A stretch of 64,000 nt of DNA, taken from NCBI GenBank assembly GCA_011109175.1, contig RDEW01000048.1, positions 147,445 through 211,444 on the forward strand, written 5' to 3'. Origin of the DNA: Dicyema japonicum (lineage: Eukaryota > Animalia > Dicyemida). Within the stretch, counting starts at the first letter, position 1. Each line of letters starts with the position of its first letter. This document shows positions 1 to 10,153 of this stretch, one piece after another. Under the pieces are notes generated by a model. It was not told where the DNA came from, ran no database searches, and saw only the letters and a program-made list of their open reading frames with translations. Both the position numbers and the translations under genes were made by a program.

Positions 1-2293
1 TGTTGGGGAGAATTCTGAGGTGTGACTGTGTGTTTTATTTAAGATCGTAGGGGAGTGTCAGTTAAGTATAAAATTTGTAGAAGATGAAATTGATGATTTT
101 GATTTTTACATTGGTTCTGCTATGATTGTAATTTTTGCATTAAAATTAGATTAAATCCCTCAAATATGTATCAGCAATGAGTGACGTGTATGACTCATAT
201 TCTGTCGATATATTTGTTCTCGACCAGTTCAAAGGCTGCTGCTTTAATAAATTCAGAAGGACTTTGGAGCAGACCGTTCAATTTGAGATTGATAAAGTTG
301 TACTTTTTGTTTATTAGAAATACAAATTGCCTGTTAATCGAAACTCAATGGCCCTCTTCGTTCAAGTGAGTGCCGCGAGGAAGGCAATGGAGTATGAAGA
401 AATGGAGATTGTCATGATAGATCCTGTAAGCAGGTTTGGCTGGATATGAGTTCAGTCTAACGAAATGTCTGAGTTCGTTCCAGGTCGTTGTTGAAATATT
501 CCAGCAAGACAAAGATTCTAACTTTACGCCTGTTCCAGTTGTAAACAACGGTGAGACTGGCGGGGTTTTCCAACTAGTGCAGGTTGCATGTTATTATTGA
601 TTGGCAGGGACCGCCAAAGAGACTTAGAGTGCGGGCCCATGAGCTTCCAATTGGAGGAGTTCCCGTTGATAGCGTTAAAGTGATAAGTGTACAAGTCGGA
701 AGTGTTAGATTGTGTACATTAGGACACAATACATTTAATATGCAGAGAACAAACTCACACGTGGGTCACAACTGTGAGAATGATGGATATATTGATTCTT
801 CTGAAGATCAGAATACAGACTTTTCACAGAAAATAAATGCAAAGATTGAAGAATGGAGTTCTCTGTTTGGGACTGTCAAAAAATTGACACATTTAAAGAA
901 ATATTTGACTGAAAACGACTTTTCTGAAGCATTGAGAAAAAAGTACTCTCACATGTTCCACGTGGGCTTCGAAAGAGATCACAAAATGTTTTTCAGTTCA
1001 TCCTCTCACCCTCGTGATTCCACAATTATAGAGTCAGCAGACGATTCGGTCACTTATTTTATGGACTCCCCACTCTTGAATTTCATCACCGACAGTTCTT
1101 CATGTGTGTCCTTCCCACTATCGGTGGGATTGCAAGTCATTGTGAACCAGAATATATTCCTACTTCGCGTTAAGAAGCACGTGTCTGTTCAGATCTCATC
1201 TTCTCTTCCATTATTAAAGATAAAATTATCTGTATTGAAATTAATGACTTTTAGCATACTGGGCTGAAATCTTCACAGATTTGTCATTTGGTCAACGACG
1301 TTGTGCTTCCTTTGGATTCCATCCCCCTCAGAGATATCGATAAATATTTCCATGCTTACATCGAGTCAGTTCAGTCTCAAATGCAATTTTATCAGCGTAA
1401 CAAACAGTATCAGGTTTGTTTATGTTGACATTCTTAGGCTCTTCAATCTGTAGCTGAGAGACCGAAGGTAGTATGTTTCAATATTGTAGGCGCTTTCTGA
1501 GGCTAGGAATGCGGTTGTCGATAAAATTGAGAAGGTTTACTTTGGTGTAATACAAAGATCACGAATCCAACGAATTCTCCTGGTTTTTTCAGTGCAACCA
1601 AAAAGTTCTCTGCCAAGATCAATAATTTTTGTATTTAACATTATCGCTTATTATAAGTTGTCAATAGTCAATCAGAGTCTTTTATAAGCGAGACCTCCTT
1701 GAAGTCCTTTAAATCCAAGGTTAGCAACTGTTTCGTAATTATAGGTCGAAAGTGTGTTCAAGCTTTCTGTACCGTCTCCCATTTGTGGGGTTTCAGATGA
1801 GGCCTTAGATGTAACAGTAAATCCTTATCCCACTATGAAGACGGATAGTCCTGCATCTAAAAGCATCTCTATTGAATCTGATGAATTGACGTTGGCTGAT
1901 GAAAGTCCTGCAATATTCGAGTCGGCCCCTGTTTGGGAGAATGATTCTAACGGAGACGAGCAGGACCCTCTTGAAGATCTAGATATTCTAGGAGATGATT
2001 TTTCTGATGAGTATGAGGACACTGCAGATGAAGAAATGAATGATATAAATTTGCCAGAATGGCTAACAAATGGGCGTACTATAAAACTGAAGAATCTAGG
2101 CAGACTATCTGGAGAGATTGGAGTTGTGAGATATGTTGGAAAGACTCATAATTACGACAGTGTAATAGTGGGAGTTGAATTGGAAAATGCATTAGGTGAT
2201 TGTAATGGTACATGTGATGGAATTGTATATTTCAAATGTCGTAATAATTGTGGAATATTTGTGTACCCTTGTAACTGCTGTTCATTTACATGA
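1..2293 (+). CDS. KIF13B: Kinesin-3 KIF13B/Khc-73-like, 3' part (5' end lies outside the window), multi-exon, C-terminal CAP-Gly domain
   Basis: Spliced reading VVVEIFQQDKDSNFTPVPVVNNGETGGVFQLVQ|GPPKRLRV (25-nt intron 583-607) resembles the KIF13 TGGIFQLRQG segment. The last exon has LPEWL followed by a CAP-Gly signature (GVVRYVG..IVGVELE..GDCNGTCDGIVYFKC..GIFV). The internal exon structure is only partly resolved. Confidence 0.72.
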
Positions 2294-2415
2294 CTTATTT
2301 ATTGTGATATTATAAATAAATGAAAAAATATATTAATAACTAAATACAGTAAATTATCATAATTACGTAGAATTTAAATTCAAATTATTGCTAATCGCCC
2401 TTTTCTTATTTTTAA

Positions 2416-2636
2416 GCCGCTTCAGAAGCCTCAAATACACGTAATTTGGGGAAAAACCCACCCCTCTTCAAACTCTAGTGAACGATGAGAATCGTCTATA
2501 CAGGAAAGCTGTGGGTACTCTGGAGGAACATAGGAAAAACCTCTCGATCCTGTTGAGGCATACCGAGATCACTTAATTAGTTGGTTTACTTCTTTCTTGG
2601 TGTCCCTTTTCGGGGTTATTAAATAAATAAATAATA
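2416..2636 (+). mobile_element. Short repeat family G, 3' end of a retroelement; second copy at about 14193-14400
   Basis: Two copies, roughly 90% identical by eye. Both read PTPLQTL..RL(Y/F)RKAVGTLEEH(R/K)KNLSILLR..IT* and end GATCACTTAATTAGTTGG...TTCGGGGTTATTAAATAAATAA. A related peptide (PTPFEELVK..LYRRYVDSLEEHRE) is on the minus strand at 40260-40400. Confidence 0.7.
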
Positions 2637-2638
2637 AA

Positions 2639-2880
2639 GCCGCGCGGTGACATGTGGTTACTTGATTGAAGATTTATGTCTGTTTCGTCTGTTCCTCTTC
2701 TCCGCTTTTCTACTAGAGTGTGATCCACCTGTCTCAGGTGGCGCCCAGTGCCAGTATGGTACGAAAAAGAATCATTTGCTTTCTCCAACTCCACTGGAGA
2801 GGTTTCCACAAATGCAAGGAATTGATGTTTTTGCCTTTTATATTGGTTTCTGGATGGATTAATTAGTTGTTAACTTTTTT
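2639..2880 (+). mobile_element. Short interspersed element family A
   Basis: Homologous to 24022-24332 (-), 33509-33712 (-), 52134-52361 (+), 53299-53600 (-) and 3017-3160 (+, 3' part only). Shared GATCCACCTGTCTCAGGTG(A/G)CGCCCAGTGCC core and TTAATTAGTT tail. Confidence 0.8.
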
Positions 2881-3016
2881 CTCTGTGTAGTTTACCACCA
2901 ACTCACTCTTATTCACGCAAATATAAAATAACAACAATAAATTAAGAATGAGACAAAAATTGGTAATTGAATCCACTAAAAACAAATATAAATTAAAAAA
3001 TAAAATGCATTATATA

Positions 3017-3160
3017 CTCCCCCACTCCATTAGAAAGGTTCTCACAACTGCAAGTAATGGACGTCTTCCACCTTTTATGCTGGTTTCGGATGGATTTTTG
3101 TGACAATAGGAACTGGATACACTTAATTAACTTTTTTCTCGGTGTATCCAGGGAAATAAT
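3017..3160 (+). mobile_element. Family A element, 3' portion
   Basis: CCCACTCC...GGATACACTTAATTAAC...CTCGGTGTATCCAGGG matches the 3' half of the other family A copies. Confidence 0.7.
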
Positions 3161-3658
3161 ATATGATTTCCCGACCATTAGCGTCACTAAATTTTTAAAG
3201 GGTAAAAAACAACCTTTTTAAATTTTTTCTAATTCCATTTTTTCATCTGGAAACAAAGTTTTTTTATGCGCTAAAATCCTCAATTGGATTGAGAAATGGT
3301 GAGTAAGGGGGTAAGTATGGAACATGGAGGTTTGCTAGTTTAATCAATTCTTTAATGTCAGTATAATGAATACAAAAATTATCAAAAATAAAACTCATGT
3401 CATCAGTTCCCTATTTCTGATAAAGATCTTTAAAGATATTATAAAAATTAATCATTGAAGAAATTTCTGGTTCTGATGGCCCCTACAGGATTATAGGCAG
3501 AAGATCCTGAAACAGCTCTTTTACGTCTTGGTCTTGAATCTACTGAAAATCCGACCTCATGATGAGGTTTAAAACGTTCTTTTATCCAAAAAATATATTT
3601 ACCCTTATCCCAATGTTAATTATTAGAAGATGACGCTATTGGTCGGGAAACCTTATAA
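3159..3658. mobile_element. MITE-like element with about 28-bp imperfect terminal inverted repeats
   Basis: Left ATATATGATTTCCCGACCATTAGCGTCA (3159-3186). Right TGACGCTATTGGTCGGGAAACCTTATAA (3631-3658). The 20-bp core has one mismatch, the flanks are TA-rich and there is no internal ORF. Confidence 0.5.
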
Positions 3659-4748
3659 TAATTACTATAAGCTAACTCACGGGATGTCAATGTAGGTAAT
3701 CAAGTTTCAAAATGAGAATCCAAATCGAAAATTTGTAATATTTTTTACTTCAATGGTGTTCATCCAATCTTCACCCTTTAAGATGAAAAGGATATACCTC
3801 TACTACTTAGAAATATTTATCTAACAAAATTATTTTTGGTGTCAATTTATTACTTAATTTATCATAAAATGATATTCACTACTTAATTTGTCATAAAAAT
3901 TAATCATTGTTTAAATTGCCATAAACAAAAAACTACATTGATTTTAAAGAAAATGAGAAGTTTTAAAATACTTCCACGTCTTTTTTTACTCAACTACTAA
4001 GATGGTCAAGGTGGTGACATACCTCTATTGCGCAGAATCTCTACTTAGGTTCATGGTGGCTGAAAGTCTTATCTTCTTTTTTTTCGTGAGCACAGAGGGG
4101 ATTACAGACTCAGAAACATTGAAAACTGAAGCTCCGAACAAAGGAAGAGTCGGATGCAATTTTGTCTGCCCAAATTGAATGCGCATTCCGATATGGACGG
4201 GATCCGCATACTCGAGTCCTTCGCAGGAGCACTGTTCCAGTCGCCTCTATCATATTTTCAAGGTTTCTGGGCAGGATTTCCACACGAGAAGATTTCCTTA
4301 GTAGGTTTACTGCCTTCACTTGAATTTTGCAGATCTTGTCAAAATTCGTTGCAGCAAGGTTAGATCCCCAGACATTACATGCGTATCCTATTGTAGACTC
4401 GATGAATTGTTAAATAAAACGTGTTAATAAACAAAAAAAATAGAAAAATAAATAAATGTAGAAATTATTTTGATTCCTCATGAAATATTATTTTTATTAA
4501 AATTTTCAACTTATGATCCTTTTTTGTCAAAATTAAAAATCTCACTAAATATTAGGTGACAGGAAAGGAAAAATGACCACAATATCACTGGAACGGAAAA
4601 TTAAATCAAATGCGTCATCTCTGATTTATAAGGCGAAAATATTTAACTCATAGAAATGTTACTAAGTCTCTTAATAATAACACGTGTCTACTCAACAAGT
4701 TATATCGTTTGACACAGTTAAATAGATTTTCCAACAATCTTCAACTAT

Positions 4749-6200
4749 TTGAATCATTCCTATTATGTCTCCGGTGATGTCGTGGAGAGCCCCAAAATAG
4801 AATGCATCTGTCAGACAAATGGATATTATTCCGTTGATATTAATACCGAAGACGAGAATACGATCATAAAAAGTCTTTTTTGCTCAAAAATAATAGACAT
4901 GATAAAAAACGATATGAAGATCGGGATTTACAAAACGACTGCAGGAGTTCTTAGAAGTTATCACGACGACAAGAAAATTGTGATTTTCGACACTTATTAT
5001 TAGTCATATATTCATAACAGCTTATCTTCTTCGAGTACAGAGAATCAAGTTGTACTATCCCCACCGGAGAGTGGAGCTTGGTAGACAGAAAGTCAAAAGG
5101 ATATTATATTTGCGAAAGTGGTATAAAATTGATTTTATGCGTGATTAAGACAAAATATCACCAACGCATACGACTGTAGACCTGTTTAATTTTCCTACCC
5201 ATACCTTCACATTCGATGGTAAAAAATACGACGTTTTCACACATCCCGGAGATAAAAAAAGCGCCAAAAATCTTTGCACAAACAGAAACTCAGCATTATA
5301 CGCTCCAAAATCTGAGAAAGAAAACTGTGTAGTAAATGGTTTTAGTTAGTTATTATCGGTAGGTCATCTTGACTCCAAAATCGTCCTCGATATAGATCCT
5401 ACTCAAAAAGTAACCTCATCTATTAATAGCAGCAAAGCTATACAAATTGGGAAAAGGGATTTCCCGTAAAAAACAGAGATTGCGTATATTCTAATTCCGA
5501 TACTGGAAAGTGGACCAACAGTGATTGCAAAAAATCTAATTTTATTTGTGTTTCACAGTTGAAAACAAATACGCCTATTGAAAAAGACGCAACTTGCAGA
5601 GATAAAATGAAAGGTACTTACTCCACTTATGTTTAAGATGAAAGTGGTGTTGATTCAACCACTTATGACAACGGTGGGCATAATTACAAAGTATATAACA
5701 ATACACATACCTACTACGGGAATAAAAAATTCTGTAAAGCACGTGGTATGAAGTTTTACTATTCCGGCGGTGATTATGTAACTGATCACATACAGGCAGG
5801 TTTTAAGGGGTATAGTACATTTAGGGAAAAAATTTGACGTTTTTACAGATTACAGAATAACATGGCAAGGAAACACGTGGAACTGGACAGATAAAATTCC
5901 ATCTGTATTAGATATGCTAGTAATCATAGGTGGCTTTCAAATGGGATACAGGTCAACCGAAAAATGATGGTCATGATACCATTGAATGCACGTGCATACA
6001 GCCAAATGGTTTATGGGCTGTAAAGTCCTGTGATACGCGTCTACCGACAGTTTGCATTGAAGAAAAAATCAATTTAACACGACATAGTAATAAGAATACA
6101 CTCGTGGCAGGAATATCAGCGCTAGTCGGATTACTTGCACTGATTTTGCTCTTTGCATGTAATAATTTATACTTTTAGTTTTAGTACTGGCAAAACGATC
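4749..6200 (+). CDS. C-type-lectin-domain type I membrane protein, probably several CTLD-like repeats; exon boundaries uncertain
   Basis: WDTGQPKN..ECTCIQPNGLWAVKSCDTRLPTVC fits the CTLD C-terminal pattern and is followed by the hydrophobic LVAGISALVGLLALILLFAC. Upstream exons TFTFDGKKYDVFTHP..SAKNLC and TYDNGGHNYKVYNNTHTY..KKFC look like CTLD N-terminal halves. Confidence 0.55.
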
Positions 6201-6344
6201 CTCACGGAATGCCAAAGGAAGAAGTAAATACAAAACAACACTTACTCTTTAATCGTTTCACTAACAATTAGTACTAACATTATAATTATTTTTTAATTTC
6301 CATAAAATTTATAATAATATATATATATAATAGCAGACCTACAG

Positions 6345-6645
6345 CCAAAGAGTAAGTAAATTCCATTGGACAAATGTCTTGAAGATCGAGGCTAGCCGAA
6401 AAAGTGCCTCCAAAATTACGGAACGATGGATTTCTAGAGAGTTCCAGCCTTCAATGTTTATAGAATCCATGATACGTATGAACCATGGAGCCCGCCGTCG
6501 TGATACAAAGATCCAGTCATTCGGCCGAAATGTGCTTGTGTGGGGTCGAGAGGAGCATCGGGCCAAGTTGAGATCTCGGCTAGAGCGTGCTTGGATCACA
6601 TGATTAGTTAGTCTGTGTAACCGTAGTCTCTGGTGTTGTTATTAT
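6345..6645 (+). mobile_element. Retroelement 3' fragment with the shared 3' signature
   Basis: ORF ends ...LERAWIT* followed by TTAGTTAG and an (ATT)n tract. Confidence 0.5.
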
Positions 6646-6785
6646 TATTATTATTTAACCTCGGCTTAGGCAGAACTCAGAAGAACAGTCATGCTAAGTA
6701 ACCTGAGACATTACTCCAAGGCATTGAAAATGTTCTTGACTTCTCGTTTTTTTTTCTTATTTGTGTGAGTCTTTAGTATACTAAG

Positions 6786-6900
6786 ACCCGGATGGCTCAG
6801 TGTTATAAAGTTCGAATCTCCCTGATGTCTATTCGGCTGAAGGTTCCACGCTTATGGATTAACGAGTTACGTGTTTCATCACTGTGGAACCGAATTGTCT
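6786..6900 (+). mobile_element. tRNA-derived SINE family F; other copies at 35236-35372 (-), 37190-37295 (-), 48377-48530 (+), 52375-52515 (-) and 61618-61690 (+, 3' part)
   Basis: A-box-like TGGCTCAGTG / TGGCG(C/T)AGTG and B-box GTTCGAATC(T/C)C, then shared CGGCTGAAGGTTCCAC and TTGACGAGTGACGC..TCATCAGTGAAC blocks. Confidence 0.7.
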
Positions 6901-7687
6901 TATATGACGCACACACAATTGCATAAAATTTCATCATCAAATTTGAGAAAATTTAAGGCCGATTTGTTCTCTAATTAAGAAATGTTCGACGGATGAGCGC
7001 ACATTTAGCCCACTAACTCATTTATAGAATCAATGGCAATAAATCAAATGGTTAATCAACCCAAGTTAAGACCTTTCCATTTAGCTTTCTTGTTGCCCAT
7101 AAATCATTGTGAATAAATTCTTTTAAATATTCAACAGTCAAATTAGCCTACAAGGCAAAATTAACATGTCACGTGTCGATGTGTCACATATCGGTACTTA
7201 ATATTCATTATTCGTTCGAAACCTTTGTCTATCGAGCCTTCGTCTATCAATCTTTCTCATATAACTGAATACTAGTTTCTCCATCGAGAACTTTGGAAAC
7301 TGTTATACGTGGATATCCACAGATCCGAAATAACTTTCCATAGCTACATTTACTGCTGTAATTTTTTAGAATGCGATCCAACAGATCCTAAAGTGCTTCC
7401 GTGATTAGCAGACATTGCGTCATGTAGAACATTTTTTCATCGAATGCTTCTTTTTTATTCTATTTGACTATTTCAGTTCAGAGAAGGACATCAGTTGGTA
7501 TAAAATCTTCATAATATTATTTAAAAATGCGTCGGTTCCCGATAGAAACACCAGGAATGATGAAGTCATAATAAGAAAACCCGAGATCACCGGACAATGC
7601 ATTTTTGGCTGCGTGGAGATATGTGGTGTTATGTGGCTTGTTTGTCATAAATTTTTTCCTTCAGATGGCATCATTGGATTCATCTAA

Positions 7688-7840
7688 CTGAGGAGACGCC
7701 CAATGCCAGGCCGGCATCAAAAGGATCCAACTATTCTTTCCCCGGGGACAATGTCGTTACCTGGAGACAAGTTCTGGAACGCTGGGACGAGTCAGGATCA
7801 ACAAATTAGTTAGTTTGGTTACCCTTGGTCTTTGGAATAA
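7688..7840 (+). mobile_element. Short interspersed element family C, 5'-truncated copy
   Basis: GAGACGCCCAATGCCAGGCCGGCATCAAAAGGATCC core and CCTTGGTCTTTGGAATAA end, shared with 14426-14665, 23146-23385 and 49051-49272 (-). Confidence 0.75.
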
Positions 7841-8179
7841 ATTTAATTTAATTTAATGAACAATCACTGCTAAAGACGATGAGTGCCAACTCTGTAGAAA
7901 AGAGATAATTTTAAGGAATAATCGGTACTTGGAGATCGTTTTTGCTTTAAATATTTTGAAAGCGATTAGGACAATTGTTAAATGGGTTATTAAGGAATTT
8001 GGAAACGGATTGCTAAGCGACTTGAGACTCATGTGAACGGTAGGGTTTACAGCTCAAAAGGCTCCAGGGAGCGCATAAGAAAATTTGAGTATATAAGCGA
8101 TCCCCACTAACAAATCTGAAATACACCGTAATCTTATTGAAATGTAATAATTAGCAAGTCTACTACAACGGATATATTG

Positions 8180-8830
8180 CGTTAACGCTCAACAATGTCA
8201 AATATAAGTCTTCTAGCAGCTGACTGAATTGCCGATGGTTGAGAGCATTCATTGCCTTTGATAAATTTCACTGTTTTTGTGACCACATTGAGTACGTGAT
8301 TCAATTTTAAAGTCCTTTCACATAAATTCTGCTGATTAATAATGCAGTGAAAATGTGCAACTGAAGCTATAAGAATTCTCATTTTTTGTTTGCAACTTGG
8401 CAGCAACACTATTGAGTCTGCCAACCATATTCGCAACAGCATCAGTAGATCATGCAAAGTTCACTCAAATCAAAATCATATTCATGCAGATCTGTTAGAC
8501 TTTTTCAAAAATGCCTTCGTTTGTTGTAGTGCCATGCATTGAAATCAGTTCAATGAGTTCTTCATAAAAATTAAATTCACTGTCACAGGCTCTGATAAAA
8601 ACTGCAAGCTGTGCTATTCCACTGTCACTCATCAATAGCAATAAAAAAGTTTTCAAATTTAGATTATGCAGCCTTCAACTGTCGTTTCATATGAACGTCT
8701 TCTGACCAGATAGAACGCTCATAACCACGGCCTGTCAATTTGACTCCATTTACAGAAATCCACTGCTTTTCTCTGGTGATCTCATTTTAATGACACGTCT
8801 ATCCATTTCTGCAGTAGCGAAATGCCTTCA
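8180..8830 (-). pseudogene. Decayed hAT transposase fragment, SPIN/Buster/GTF2IRD2-like
   Basis: Minus-strand peptides AIDE..AQLAVFIRACDSEF..EELIELISMHGTTT and FHCIINQQNLCERTLKLNHVLNVVTKTVKFIK match the DE..AQL..F and HCIIHQ..LC blocks of this hAT group. Stops and frameshifts are present. Confidence 0.75.
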
Positions 8831-9648
8831 GTAGAATATGAAAGAAAGTTTTTTTTAATTTTTGGTTCAGGGCGTTTTTTAAGAAGTGTGAAATCCTACG
8901 ACCAGCTTGTTAGTGGTGTGGGAACCGAACCCACGACTAATCGCGAAACGAGTAGTCTAATATTCTGATCTGACAGTTCAAGCTGTCATAGCCCGAATTC
9001 AATATTCCAAGCATAATTAAGCTATTTTTTGAAGGTCAATATTAACTGATTTGACTTTTTCGAAAAATGTCATTCCAAAACTCATTTAAAAAAATCTATT
9101 TTTGATTTTCTGCTATTTTTAAAAATCAATTTTCGATTTCCTATTTGATTTCTATTGTGGTTCCATTCACAAGTTCATTATTATGAAAAACAATTTTTAT
9201 CTACTTTTTTGAAAGATAAAAATTGATAAAATATTTTTTTTCACAAAAAACATGTAAAATTAAATTTTATCACTAAGATAACCAATTGGTTAATCGGTTG
9301 GAAAGTTAAGGTGCTGACATAGCTTATTCCATAAAATCTTCATACTGAATGAAAGCCCTTAAGTTCTGTCTTCTCCCGAGCATTGACAGAATAATAGGCT
9401 CAGGAAATATTGGAAACCCGAAGCTCTGAAAAAGGAAAAGTGTTGGATCAGAATTCAAATCTAGTCCACCCAACCCAAAATTAAACAAACTTGGAGGATC
9501 ATATGTCTTGAGCGACACTGATAGATGATAGTTAATGATTCTATAAGTAATTTCTGTATCCCTAAGAAATGGAAGAAATCTAAGAGATTCTTGTATTCCC
9601 AAAAAGGAGTGTGAAATATCAATGTTTTATCAAAGTGCTTTCCTGTGC

Positions 9649-9830
9649 CAGTACTCTAAAATCCACTGAATCACTCGACAACCGTATGAGTGAGTGGACA
9701 GATCGAAGACATGGCCCTGGATTTGGCCAGCACAAGCAGAAGTTCTCCCTTGGGTTCCTTCCTTGGATTAATTAGTCACGACTGTTTGTGCTGGGCTTAC
9801 CAAAGATTGTCACCCCGGACTTAATAAAAA
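9649..9830 (+). mobile_element. Chimera: 70-bp copy of Pumilio coding sequence fused to the 3' end of a family K element
   Basis: 9649-9718 matches 10619-10688 at 67 of 70 positions. 9719-9830 matches the reverse complement of the 55190-55245 end of the family K element and ends TTAATTAGT...CCCCGGACTTAATAAA. Confidence 0.8.
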
Positions 9831-10153
9831 ATTAATCAAAATACTTTCCTGTACCCACAGAAAGACATGTTCAAAAGTGATTAATTTTATAAGACAAAAA
9901 AGAAATCCACTCTGTGAACGCTGTTAACCATTCGAATTGATTCTCACAGTCCAGAGAGTGCCAATTTTTGCTTTCGTAAAACCATCGAGTTAAAAATGAA
10001 ATCTCGCATCAATGATTGTGGTTAAAACAATCATGTCTAGACAAATCAAATATAAACTCCGTTTTTTTATTATAATAACATGTTATAGTAACAACTTAAA
10101 GGTGCAACACCAGAATAAATTAAAAATAATATCCAGTACAATTAATACAATTG

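Noticed and set aside
8905-8990. tRNA gene on the minus strand (GTGGGTTCGGTTCCCAC T-arm)
   Set aside because: No pairing acceptor stem or proper D arm; at most a decayed tRNA-like head.
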